Below, in pieces: positions 1-9,789 of a DNA stretch of 64,000 nt (position 1 is the first letter of the stretch; every line of letters starts with the position of its first letter). The stretch lies in the NCBI RefSeq assembly GCF_044324785.1, contig NZ_CP172127.1; one strand, 5' to 3'. The position numbers and the translations under genes were made by a program. Under the pieces are notes generated by a model. It was not told where the DNA came from and did no database searches. It saw nothing but the letters and a program-made list of their open reading frames with translations. Source of the stretch: Escherichia coli. GTDB lineage: Bacteria > Pseudomonadota > Gammaproteobacteria > Enterobacterales > Enterobacteriaceae.

Positions 1-177
1 ATCGGCATGCACAAAAAAATCTTTAATCGTATTTCTTGTGTCATTAATTGTTTGATGTTCAGATTGTTTTCCTCGCGGGCTGGCGCGCCTCAGAAAGTAA
101 AGCTTGTTGACAGGGGTAAACGTTCGGCAATAATTTTCTGCCGCATGCGGGTGTTGCATAAAACGTGCTACGTTCCT

Positions 178-483
178 TTATCGACAGGTCAGGTCACCGC
201 TCACCCGCCGACGAGAAAGCAACACTGACATGCTAAAGCAAAAAATAGATGAATAAGTTGAGTTGTGCATATGTAGCCTGACCGTCACAAAGTATATGGT
301 GTCTGTACCAGTAAGATGATGGCCGGACTCTTTAAAAACGAGCTGACCTGCACAATACAGGATGGACTTAGCAATGGCTGCTCCTGGCACAAAGCGGACA
401 GTGATCACCGTTCTTACGACTACTTTCTGACTTCCTTCGTGACTTGCCCTAAGCATGTTGTAGTGCGATACTTGTAATGACAT
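178..483 (-). CDS. Hypothetical protein divergent from relB (possibly ydfV-like)
   Basis: 101-aa ORF in track, divergent from relBE; size matches my recollection of K-12 YdfV but sequence identity not verifiable. Confidence 0.3.
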   Translation of the reverse strand: MSLQVSHYNMLRASHEGSQKVVVRTVITVRFVPGAAIAKSILYCAGQLVFKESGHHLTGTDTIYFVTVRLHMHNSTYSSIFCFSMSVLLSRRRVSGDLTCR

Positions 484-495
484 TTGTAATTACAA
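444..495 (+). promoter_or_regulatory. relBE promoter/operator: -35 TTGCCC (444-449), 17-nt spacer, -10 GATACT (467-472), overlapping TTGTAAT/TTGTAATTACAA operator repeats (472-495)
   Basis: Sigma70-like hexamers with 17-bp spacing directly upstream of relB RBS; 12-bp palindrome TTGTAATTACAA at 484-495. Confidence 0.5.
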
Positions 496-507
496 GAGGT
501 GTAAGAC

Positions 508-747
508 ATGGGTAGCATTAACCTGCGTATTGACGATGAACTTAAAGCGCGTTCTTACGCCGCGCTTGAAAAAATGGGTGTAACTCCTTCTGAAGCGCTT
601 CGTCTCATGCTCGAGTATATCGCTGACAATGAACGCTTGCCGTTCAAACAGACACTCCTGAGTGATGAAGATGCTGAACTTGTGGAGATAGTGAAAGAAC
701 GGCTTCGTAATCCTAAGCCAGTACGTGTGACGCTGGATGAACTCTGA
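508..747 (+). CDS. relB: RelB antitoxin
   Basis: 79-aa ORF MGSINLRIDDELKARSYA... recognised as RelB; stop overlaps relE start (ATGA). Confidence 0.95.
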   Translation: MGSINLRIDDELKARSYAALEKMGVTPSEALRLMLEYIADNERLPFKQTLLSDEDAELVEIVKERLRNPKPVRVTLDEL

Positions 748-1034
748 TGGCGTATTTTCTGGATTTTGACGAGCGGGCACTAAAGGAATGGCGAAAGCTG
801 GGCTCGACGGTACGTGAACAGTTGAAAAAGAAGCTGGTTGAAGTACTTGAGTCACCCCGGATTGAAGCAAACAAGCTCCGTGGTATGCCTGATTGTTACA
901 AGATTAAGCTCCGGTCTTCAGGCTATCGCCTTGTATACCAGGTTATAGACGAGAAAGTTGTCGTTTTCGTGATTTCTGTTGGGAAAAGAGAACGCTCGGA
1001 AGTATATAGCGAGGCGGTCAAACGCATTCTCTGA
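747..1034 (+). CDS. relE: RelE mRNA interferase toxin
   Basis: 95-aa ORF MAYFLDFDERALKEWRKL... recognised as RelE. Confidence 0.95.
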   Translation: MAYFLDFDERALKEWRKLGSTVREQLKKKLVEVLESPRIEANKLRGMPDCYKIKLRSSGYRLVYQVIDEKVVVFVISVGKRERSEVYSEAVKRIL

Positions 1035-1105
1035 ACCAAAGCATGACATCTCTGTTTCGCACCGAAGGTGACACTTCTGCTTTGCGTTGACAGGAGAAGC
1101 AGGCT

Positions 1106-1261
1106 ATGAAGCAGCAAAAGGCGATGTTAATCGCCCTGATCGTCATCTGTTTAACCGTCATAGTGACGGCACTGGTAACGAGGAAAGACCTCTGCGAGGT
1201 ACGAATCCGAACCGGCCAGACGGAGGTCGCTGTCTTCACAGCTTACGAACCTGAGGAGTAA
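1106..1261 (+). CDS. hokD: Hok-family membrane toxin (51 aa), third gene of relBE operon
   Basis: Hand-translated (below 60-aa track cutoff): MKQQKAMLIALIVICLTVIVTALVTRKDLCEVRIRTGQTEVAVFTAYEPEE; Hok family single TM + C-terminal periplasmic tail. Confidence 0.85.
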   Translation: MKQQKAMLIALIVICLTVIVTALVTRKDLCEVRIRTGQTEVAVFTAYEPEE

Positions 1262-1331
1262 GAGACCCGGCGGGGGAGAAATCCCTCGCCACCTCTGATG
1301 TGGCAGGCATCCTCAACGCACCCGCACTTAA

Positions 1332-1356
1332 CCCGCTTCGGCGGGTTTTTGTTTTT
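1332..1356 (+). terminator. Intrinsic terminator after hokD
   Basis: Hairpin CCCGC-TTCG-GCGGG followed by TTTTTGTTTTT. Confidence 0.5.
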
Positions 1357-1477
1357 ATTTTCAACGCGTTTGAAGTTCTGGACGGTGCCGGAATAGAATC
1401 AAAAATACTTAAGTAGCGCGCAGGGATAAGAGGGATGGTCCCTTAAAGGGGAGAGCTAATTATCCGGAAGGATTCTG

Positions 1478-1729
1478 ATGATGAACATCGAAGAACTGCG
1501 TAAAATTTTTTGTGAAGATGGCCTCTATGCTGTGTGCGTTGAAAATGGAAATCTTGTTAGTCATTACCGCATTATGTGTTTGCGAAAGAATGGGGCTGCG
1601 TTAATTAATTTTGTGGATGCTCGGGTCACGGACGGATTTATCTTGCGCGAAGGTGAGTTTGTCACTTCATTACAGGCATTGAAAGAGATCGGAATAAAAG
1701 CTGGCTTTTCTGCTTTTTCAGGAGAATAA
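1478..1729 (+). CDS. rem: Rem (prophage protein of unknown function)
   Basis: 83-aa ORF MMNIEELRKIFCEDGLYAV...; position between hokD and ydfU as in Qin. Confidence 0.8.
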   Translation: MMNIEELRKIFCEDGLYAVCVENGNLVSHYRIMCLRKNGAALINFVDARVTDGFILREGEFVTSLQALKEIGIKAGFSAFSGE

Positions 1730-1795
1730 ACTCATCTACAATCTTGCGCGGGGCTGAACTCCCGCTGAGTAACACCGTGCCACCGGAGAAAACCG

Positions 1796-2074
1796 ATGGC
1801 ACGCAACGCAAAATATTACAATTCTGATAATTCGCCCGTTCTTGCCTGCACGCACGGGCGGTATTCTCACGCATTCAAGTCTGAATGGTTCCAGCACCCT
1901 CCATGCACTGCAGAACAGGCCGAATGGCTGATTCATTCTTACCGCAGGCGCGGGTTCGAGGTTAAGAAAGCTCTCAGTCTCGACTATCGGCACTGGATAA
2001 TCTCTGTCAGGCTGCCTTATTCCGAACGCCCACCACGTGCGTCCCGCACTTTCCAGCAACGGATCTGGAGGTAA
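1796..2074 (+). CDS. Hypothetical small protein (unassigned)
   Basis: 92-aa ORF, non-repetitive composition; overlaps ydfU start by ~38 nt in another frame; could also reflect a 5' extension/frameshift of ydfU. Confidence 0.3.
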   Translation: MARNAKYYNSDNSPVLACTHGRYSHAFKSEWFQHPPCTAEQAEWLIHSYRRRGFEVKKALSLDYRHWIISVRLPYSERPPRASRTFQQRIWR

Positions 2075-3125
2075 CGTGCGGGTATTACTTAGACCTGTTC
2101 TGGTGCCTGAGCTTGGGCTGGTGGTCCTTAAGCCGGGCCGTGAATCCATACAGATATTTCATAATCCTCGAGTGCTGGTGGAACCGGAACCAAAAAGCAT
2201 GCGTAATCTGCCATCCGGAGTCGTTCCTGCCGTTCGCCAGCCGCTGGCGGAAGACAAAACATTGCTGCCGTTTTTTAGTAACGAACGGGTGATTCGTGCT
2301 GCTGGCGGCGTTGGCGCATTGTCCGACTGGCTATTACGTCATGTTACATCCTGCCAGTGGCCTAATGGCGATTACCATCACACTGAAACAGTCATTCACC
2401 GTTATGGTACCGGCGCAATGGTGTTGTGCTGGCACTGCGACAACCAACTGCGTGACCAGACATCGGAATCACTGGAGCTGCTTGCTCAACAAAATCTGAC
2501 AGCATGGGTGATTGACGTCATCCGTCACGCAATAAGCGGTACGCAGGAGCGGGAATTATCTTTGGCTGAATTATCCTGGTGGGCGGTCTGCAATCAGGTG
2601 GTGGATGCACTACCTGAGGCTGTATCGCGTCGTTCGCTGGGATTACCAGCGGAAAAAATCTGCTCGGTGTACCGCGAAAGCGACATCGTACCGGGAGAGC
2701 AGACCGCCACCAGCATATTGAAACAACGCACAAAAAATCTTGCACCGTTGCCTTACGCCCACCAGCAACAAAAATCACCACAGGAAAAGACGGTGGTAAG
2801 CATCACCGTTGATCCAGAGTCTCCGGAATCTTTCATGAAGCTGCCTAAACGTCGCCGCTGGGTTAAGGAGAAATACACACGTTGGGTTAAGACACAGCCG
2901 TGTGCTTGCTGCGGTATGCCAGCCGACGATCCGCATCATCTGATTGGTCACGGGCAGGGCGGAATGGGAACAAAAGCACATGATCTCTTTGTGTTGCCTT
3001 TGTGCAGAAAGCATCACAACGAGCTGCATACGGATACAGTGGCATTTGAAGATAAGTATGGCTCCCAACTGGAGCTGATATTTCGTTTTATCGATCGCGC
3101 GCTGGCAATTGGCGTACTGGCGTAA
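2037..3125 (+). CDS. ydfU: YdfU-family protein (DUF968) with C-terminal HNH-like zinc motif
   Basis: 362-aa ORF; C-terminus CACCGMPADDPHHLIGHG...CRKHHNELH resembles HNH/Zn-finger; exact start uncertain (in-frame GTG ~2073 possible). Confidence 0.75.
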   Translation: MRPALSSNGSGGNVRVLLRPVLVPELGLVVLKPGRESIQIFHNPRVLVEPEPKSMRNLPSGVVPAVRQPLAEDKTLLPFFSNERVIRAAGGVGALSDWLLRHVTSCQWPNGDYHHTETVIHRYGTGAMVLCWHCDNQLRDQTSESLELLAQQNLTAWVIDVIRHAISGTQERELSLAELSWWAVCNQVVDALPEAVSRRSLGLPAEKICSVYRESDIVPGEQTATSILKQRTKNLAPLPYAHQQQKSPQEKTVVSITVDPESPESFMKLPKRRRWVKEKYTRWVKTQPCACCGMPADDPHHLIGHGQGGMGTKAHDLFVLPLCRKHHNELHTDTVAFEDKYGSQLELIFRFIDRALAIGVLA

Positions 3126-3138
3126 GTGGAGAACGAGC

Positions 3139-3891
3139 ATGAACCTTGAAGCCTTACCAAAATATTACTCCCCAAAATCTCCAAAATTGAGCGATGACGC
3201 TCCAGCGACAGGCACCGGTTGTTTAACAATTACGGATGTAATGGCAGCGCAGGGGATGGTGCAGTCGAAAGCACCACTTGGGTTGGCCTTATTTCTGGCA
3301 AAAGTTGGTGTTCAGGACCCCCAGTTTGCGATTGAAGGCCTGCTAAATTACGCGATGGCACTGGATAACCCGACATTGAACAAATTGAGTGAAGAAATCC
3401 GGTTACAGATTATTCCTTACCTCGTGAGTTTTGCCTTTGCTGATTACTCCAGGTCTGCGGCAAGTAAGGCTCGCTGTGAGCATTGTTCAGGTACGGGATT
3501 TTATAATGTATTGCGCGAAGTGGTGAAACACTACAGACGCGGGGAATCTGTAATCAAGGAAGAATGGGTGAAGGAACTATGTCAGCATTGCCATGGTAAG
3601 GGCGAAGCCAGCACAGCGTGCAGAGGGTGTAAGGGTAAAGGGATTGTTCTGGATGAAAAAAGAACCCGGTTTCATGGCGTACCGGTATATAAGATTTGTG
3701 GGCGTTGTAATGGAAACCGGTTTAGTCGTTTACCGACCACGCTGGCACGACGTCATGTCCAGAAGCTGGTACCAGACCTGACCGATTATCAGTGGTATAA
3801 GGGGTATGCGGACGTCATTGGTAAACTGGTAACAAAGTGCTGGCAGGAAGAAGCATACGCGGAAGCGCAATTGAGGAAGGTGACAAGATAA
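3139..3891 (+). CDS. quuQ: Late-gene antiterminator Q
   Basis: ORF 3109-3891; start placed at MNLEAL (250 aa); multiple CxxC zinc-finger pairs (CEHCSGTG, CQHCHGKG, CRGCKGKG, CGRCNG) typical of Q-family antiterminators. Confidence 0.85.
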   Translation: MNLEALPKYYSPKSPKLSDDAPATGTGCLTITDVMAAQGMVQSKAPLGLALFLAKVGVQDPQFAIEGLLNYAMALDNPTLNKLSEEIRLQIIPYLVSFAFADYSRSAASKARCEHCSGTGFYNVLREVVKHYRRGESVIKEEWVKELCQHCHGKGEASTACRGCKGKGIVLDEKRTRFHGVPVYKICGRCNGNRFSRLPTTLARRHVQKLVPDLTDYQWYKGYADVIGKLVTKCWQEEAYAEAQLRKVTR

Positions 3892-3922
3892 ATGATTTTT
3901 GCTGAAGATGGCGACATGATGT

Positions 3923-3951
3923 TTGCATTTTTCAAAAAATATGGATAAAAT
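3923..3951 (+). promoter_or_regulatory. Candidate late promoter (PR'-like): -35 TTGCAT, 17-nt spacer, -10 TAAAAT
   Basis: Near-consensus sigma70 hexamers ~30 nt downstream of Q stop and ~45 nt upstream of an intrinsic terminator, the lambdoid PR'/qut/tR' arrangement. Confidence 0.45.
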
Positions 3952-3996
3952 TTTTTCAACGATGGGCTTTGTATACCCGACGTTAAGAAAAAGTAG

Positions 3997-4026
3997 AAAA
4001 CCCGCTGATGAGCGGGTTTTGTGCTT
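3997..4026 (+). terminator. Intrinsic terminator downstream of Q (tR'-like)
   Basis: Hairpin CCCGCT-GATGA-GCGGG followed by TTTTGTGCTTT. Confidence 0.6.
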
Positions 4027-4312
4027 TAAATGGGGCAATGGTAATGTTGAATCTCATCCCGGGACTCATGTCTGTTAACTTATTATTTAGCTGGTGACTT
4101 GGTTATTTGCCTGATGTTTAAAATGTTTTCTTCCAGTACAATGTCCCTAAACACAATGAGTCTGCTTATTATATTATTAGCAGAGCTATTACGGCCAAAG
4201 TACAGCATAAGCTTTTAAAGCCAATCAACCAGTCATCAAGACAGACGGGGTTATTCATAAAAACTCTCCATGTGTGATCCGATGGGGCCTGAAATTAAAG
4301 CTTTAATATAGC

Positions 4313-4525
4313 TCATGAAAGGTAAACATTGGCAGCTGAAGGGCCACGCAGACCATTTATCCGGCAAAATTCCACGCGTAATCCGGTGGTAATTTCTTCT
4401 GCATCGCGGAGATTGAGCGCTGAGACATGAAGCTGGACATCGATACGACCATCGGATGGGGTGATAAGACCCTTGCCGCTTTTGCCGTCAAAGGTTTTGA
4501 CAATTCCTGTCATTTTACGGGACAA
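4313..4525 (-). CDS. cspF: Cold-shock protein CspA family
   Basis: 70-aa [29 protein letters not shown]...; CSD fold motifs. Confidence 0.9.
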
Positions 4526-4825
4526 AAAAATTCCTTAATACTGATAACTTGGCGCACTATACACACGTTCCTGAAGAAAGCTATAGTTTTTTGATGGGGT
4601 TGAAGATGGCTGGATGTCTAAAATAAACATTGCTTCATATGTTCAACTATGCGTTAATGATTGCGTCGGTTTGAAGAACAGACGATATACGAAGTAGTTT
4701 ACTAAAGCAGTTCTCATTTCAGGTGTTATTCACTTATTCCTTCTTTGAGTCTCTCCAATTAAGTACGAAGTCGTTTCTGTTATGCAAACCATTTATGCCG
4801 AAAGGCTCAAGTTAAGGAATGTAGA

Positions 4826-5041
4826 ATGTCAAATAAAATGACTGGTTTAGTAAAATGGTTTAACGCTGATAAAGGTTTCGGCTTTATTTCTCCTGTTGAT
4901 GGTAGTAAAGATGTGTTTGTGCATTTTTCTGCGATTCAGAATGATAATTATCGAACCTTATTTGAAGGTCAAAAGGTTACCTTCTCTATAGAGAGTGGTG
5001 CTAAAGGTCCTGCAGCAGCAAATGTCATCATTACTGATTAA
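4826..5041 (+). CDS. cspB: Cold-shock protein CspA family
   Basis: 71-aa [26 protein letters not shown]...; RNP1/RNP2 motifs; long AT-rich 5' leader. Confidence 0.95.
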   Translation: MSNKMTGLVKWFNADKGFGFISPVDGSKDVFVHFSAIQNDNYRTLFEGQKVTFSIESGAKGPAAANVIITD

Positions 5042-5322
5042 AATTCATCGCTCGTCTGTATACGATAACGAAGAAGGCTGATGCCTGAGTAGAGATACGG
5101 ACAGAGTAGTGAATATTGGATCTCTTTAATAAAAAGTAAGGAGGTCCAATACATGAAACAATGGCTAGCATATTTGGCAAAATCTTAATCAGGAAAAGTA
5201 TGCTAACCATTGTGGTGAAGTGCAGGTTTGCTGCATGAATAGTTTTACAGCAGAAGCTAACTGCTGGCATGGCAAAACAAAGTGCGTAAGTGGATGACTC
5301 CCACAAAAAGCACCACAATCTC

Positions 5323-5348
5323 AAACCCGCTCAGGCGGGTTTTTTATT
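5323..5348 (+). terminator. Intrinsic terminator
   Basis: Hairpin CCCGC-TCAG-GCGGG followed by TTTTTTATTAT. Confidence 0.55.
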
Positions 5349-5404
5349 ATCTGCTTTAAATATATTATTAAAATATAAAAAATACTTGTTACTAATAAAA
5401 TCAA

Positions 5405-5575
5405 TCAGGCTACAGCTTTAAGATTTGTCTGGAATACTTTGTTGCAATGAGGGCAGATCAAAAGGGCACCTTTTTGTACTCTTGAAAAACTGTGTTCTGA
5501 CTCTTGGGTGCAGTTTGGGCAGGAACATTTAACGAGATAATTACGGCGTGATTTTGAGTTTTTACGTTCTGACAT
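5405..5575 (-). CDS. Small zinc-ribbon protein (56 aa from internal Met; possibly ynfU-like)
   Basis: ORF 5405-5626; MSERKNSKSRRNYLVKCSCPNCTQESEHSFSRVQKGALLICPHCNKVF has two CxxC pairs; name from uncertain recollection. Confidence 0.45.
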   Translation of the reverse strand: MSERKNSKSRRNYLVKCSCPNCTQESEHSFSRVQKGALLICPHCNKVFQTNLKAVA

Positions 5576-5794
5576 AGGCTTTTCCTGTATAAATGGCCGT
5601 ATACAGTACACTAAATATGAAAACATTTCTCGTATTATTATTTTATATATGACTTTCTTTCAAAATAATTACCCACATTTTTAATGTGTATGTTTTTTTA
5701 GCGCCGTTGAGAACAACGTGTGCTGTCAAAACTACCCCGTAGACTCCGATCTTTTCAAACATATTGCACCATCCGTGTACATCGGGGTGAGGAT

Positions 5795-6010
5795 ATGAAA
5801 TCAATGGATAAGTTAACAACAGGTGTTGCCTATGGCACATCGGCGGGTAATGCTGGTTTCTGGGCATTGCAGTTACTCGATAAAGTAACTCCGTCACAGT
5901 GGGCTGCAATCGGTGTGCTGGGTAGCCTGGTTTTTGGCCTGCTGACGTATCTGACAAATCTTTATTTCAAGATTAAAGAAGACAGGCGTAAGGCTGCGAG
6001 AGGAGAGTAA
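5795..6010 (+). CDS. essQ: Pinholin, phage 21 S-type, dual-start motif
   Basis: [26 protein letters not shown]... 71 aa; Met1 and Met4 starts as in S21 holin/antiholin; two TM segments; SD GGGGTGAGG upstream. Confidence 0.85.
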   Translation: MKSMDKLTTGVAYGTSAGNAGFWALQLLDKVTPSQWAAIGVLGSLVFGLLTYLTNLYFKIKEDRRKAARGE

Positions 6011-6014
6011 TCCA

Positions 6015-6322
6015 ATGACTCAAGACTATGAACTGGTTGTGAAAGGAGTCCGTAATTTTGAGAATAAAGTTACGGTAACTGTAGCCTTACAGGACAAAGA
6101 ACGCTTTGACGGTGAAATTTTTGACCTGGATGTCGCCATGGACCGTGTTGAAGGAGCTGCGCTGGAGTTTTATGAGGCAGCAGCCAGAAGGAGCGTCCGG
6201 CAAGTCTTCCTGGAAGTAGCAGAAAAATTGTCAGAAAAAGTTGAGTCTTATCTGCAGCATCAGTACTCCTTTAAGATTGAAAATCCTGCCAATAAGCACG
6301 AGCGTCCTCATCATAAATATAT

Positions 6323-6326
<4 letters not shown>
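6015..6326 (+). CDS. ydfR: YdfR (DUF1327) protein inserted between holin and endolysin
   Basis: 103-aa ORF MTQDYELVVKGVRNFENKV... Confidence 0.85.
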
Positions 6327-7350
<1,024 letters not shown>

Positions 7351-7713
7351 GGTAATATTAAATCGGAACATTTACATCGCGGAATGTAAAATTTAAATAA
7401 AAAGGACTCTTCCATGAGCCAAAATTCCTGAAATCTTAAGGGTAAGATAAAAGGTCTTAATCAGAATGACACGTTATTATTAATAAATAAAGCTATTCTT
7501 TCATTGCTGTGTTTTTCTTTACAAAAGTAATCCTTGCTATGGGTGGTTAATCATGCGTTAATGGTGTTCTGGTTTGTTACAAATTTATCTGAAGCAGTCA
7601 TTGTTATAATTTTATTATTTGTACCTCTTGAGATTTCCTTGTTGGTTTTTCTCTCTGATATTTTTTTTCGGACCATTCTGCCCAAGGGCTAATTTCTTCA
7701 AAAGGTAATAATT

Positions 7714-7926
7714 ATGTCTAACAAAATGACTGGTTTAGTGAAATGGTTTAACCCTGAAAAAGGTTTTGGTTTCATCACGCCGAAAGATGGCAGCAAAGAT
7801 GTGTTTGTCCATTTCTCAGCAATTCAGAGCAACGATTTCAAAACATTAACTGAGAATCAGGAAGTTGAATTTGGTATTGAGAACGGACCTAAAGGTCCTG
7901 CCGCTGTTCATGTAGTGGCGCTTTGA
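7714..7926 (+). CDS. cspI: Cold-shock protein CspA family
   Basis: 70-aa [26 protein letters not shown]...; long 5' leader. Confidence 0.95.
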   Translation: MSNKMTGLVKWFNPEKGFGFITPKDGSKDVFVHFSAIQSNDFKTLTENQEVEFGIENGPKGPAAVHVVAL

Positions 7927-8014
7927 GGTAGACAATATTACAAACCATATTCACTTTAGATGCCCGTGTTGTCATGGTTCCCAGTATAGAACATCATCTT
8001 TTGATGTTTCTGAC

Positions 8015-8125
8015 ATGAATCCTTTCGGGGCAAAATGTATCTTTTGTAAATCAATGATGATTACATTTGATAATATTTCACAATACTTAAATGCCAGCCG
8101 TCTGTCGTTGGATTTAAAAAAGTGA
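8015..8125 (+). CDS. Small Cys-containing ORF (possibly ynfN-like)
   Basis: Hand-translated MNPFGAKCIFCKSMMITFDNISQYLNASRLSLDLKK; in-frame upstream CPCCHG lacks canonical start; intrinsic terminator immediately downstream. Confidence 0.3.
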   Translation: MNPFGAKCIFCKSMMITFDNISQYLNASRLSLDLKK

Positions 8126-8132
8126 AAATGAA

Positions 8133-8153
8133 GGCTCCTTCGGGAGCTTTTTT
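8133..8153 (+). terminator. Intrinsic terminator
   Basis: Hairpin GGCTCC-TTCG-GGAGCT followed by T6. Confidence 0.45.
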
Positions 8154-8155
8154 GC

Positions 8156-8428
8156 TTGGTATCTATTCGATGGATACTCACATACTACGGTAACATCATG
8201 AAAAAAATCATAGTTTTTTTTAACTCTGAACCTGCAGTGGTAGTGCCAGCGATGACTGGAGTTAACACCATCATGCGTGAATATCCAAATGGCGAAAAAA
8301 CACACCTTACTGTAATGGCCGCAGGGTTTCCATCTCTGACCGGAGATCATAAAGTCATTTATGTAGCCGCGGATCGACATGTTACTTCAGAAGAAATTCT
8401 GGAAGCAGCAATAAGGCTCTTGAGTTGA
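8156..8428 (+). CDS. Hypothetical protein (unassigned moron ORF)
   Basis: 90-aa ORF; likely start at MKKIIVFF (8195, 77 aa); no family recognised. Confidence 0.4.
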   Translation: MVSIRWILTYYGNIMKKIIVFFNSEPAVVVPAMTGVNTIMREYPNGEKTHLTVMAAGFPSLTGDHKVIYVAADRHVTSEEILEAAIRLLS

Positions 8429-8596
8429 TTTGATGCTATTGTATTGATAATTCAGGAAAATTTTCTTTGTCTGTTTGTGTAAAATTTAGACTATCGTATG
8501 TTGATTATTGCGATGTTTCATCTTATCTTTTACACGTTTGCACCATATAATCGACTTACTGTGTAACTGGAAAGTCATAACAGACTAAAAGAGGAA

Positions 8597-8773
8597 ATGA
8601 TGAATATTGAAAACTTAAAAACAAAAGCAGAAGCAGATATTTCTGAATATATAACAAAAAAAATTATTGAACTTAAGAAAAAGACCGGGAAAGAAGTTAC
8701 CAGTATTCAGTTTACCGCACGGGAAAAAATGACGGGTCTTGAAAGCTATGATGTCAAGATTAATTTAATCTGA
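8597..8773 (+). CDS. gnsB: GnsA/GnsB family protein
   Basis: Hand-translated 58 aa MMNIENLKTKAEADISEYITKKIIELKKKTGKEVTSIQFTAREKMTGLESYDVKINLI; SD GAGG upstream. Confidence 0.8.
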   Translation: MMNIENLKTKAEADISEYITKKIIELKKKTGKEVTSIQFTAREKMTGLESYDVKINLI

Positions 8774-8924
8774 TGTATTCAATAATAAAATTTATCCATA
8801 AACCTCGTTTTTACGGGGTTTTGTTATATTTGAATGGTTCCGAATATCTAAATCACAATTGTTGATGGTTTTTATTAAACCAATGCAGTCCGGCTCAGGA
8901 GTGAGAGAAGCCGGACGTTATGGT

Positions 8925-9335
8925 TTAGCGTGGTAAGATCTGTGTAGTTTTCTGGATGCTTTCAGTAAATAGTAATGAATTATCAAAGGTATAGTAATAT
9001 CTTTTTTGTTCGTGGATATTTGTAACCCACCGAAAAACTCCTGCTTTAGCAAGGTTTCTTCTGTATTCCTGAAATGTGATCTCTCTGGATTTCAGCTTAT
9101 TAGAGGTCGTTTCTATAAGATGCCTATCCTTTGAAAATTTGACAGACACAATGTTTTTTAGGCCCTTTAATAACACTGTATTATCATTTTTTAATACAAT
9201 ATGAACATTCTCTGTGGCTAAATAGTAAATGTAATGTGAGACATTGTGACGTTTTAGCTCAGAATAAAACCATTGATAGTTTAAATCGTTTCGAACTTTA
9301 TCAAATATTTGTTTAAAAATGACTACCTGATCCAT
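8925..9335 (-). CDS. ydfO: YdfO (DUF1398) protein
   Basis: ORF 8925-9350; start placed at [13 protein letters not shown] (136 aa). Confidence 0.8.
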
Positions 9336-9392
9336 AGATAAACCTTCCATATGATATGAGGGGGCGTAGTCTGCACGATTATCTAAATTGCT

Positions 9393-9626
9393 TCAATCTG
9401 GTCTGACCTGTTTTCTGAGCAATTCAGTAATGTCACTCTTTTCTTTGTTTGCTTCAGAAGAAACTCTTTTTTCTGAGCACAGTCTCCGGCGGCAGGCTTC
9501 AATGACCCAGGCTGAGAAATTCCCGGACCCTTTTTGCTCAAGAGCGATGTTAATTTGTTCAATCATTTGGTTAGGAAAGCGGATGTTGCGGGTTGTTGTT
9601 CTGCGGGTTCTGTTCTTCGTTGACAT
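9393..9626 (-). CDS. ynfO: Arc/MetJ-like ribbon-helix-helix DNA-binding protein
   Basis: 77 aa; RNIRFPNQMIEQINIALEQKG...FSAWVIEACRRRL resembles RHH fold; homologous to an ORF at the lambda right end as I recall it. Confidence 0.75.
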   Translation of the reverse strand: MSTKNRTRRTTTRNIRFPNQMIEQINIALEQKGSGNFSAWVIEACRRRLCSEKRVSSEANKEKSDITELLRKQVRPD

Positions 9627-9789
9627 GAGGTTGTCCCGTATTCAGTGTCGCTGATTTGTATTGTCTGAAGTTGTTTTTACGTTAAGTTGATGCAGATCAA
9701 TTAATACGATATCTGCGTCATAATTGATTATTTGACGTGGTTTGATGGCGTAGATGCACGTTGTGACATGCAGATGATAATTATTATCA

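Noticed and set aside
7-228. 73-aa ORF at the extreme left edge
   Set aside because: No recognisable family or start context; overlaps the divergent 101-aa ORF; cannot be judged without upstream sequence.
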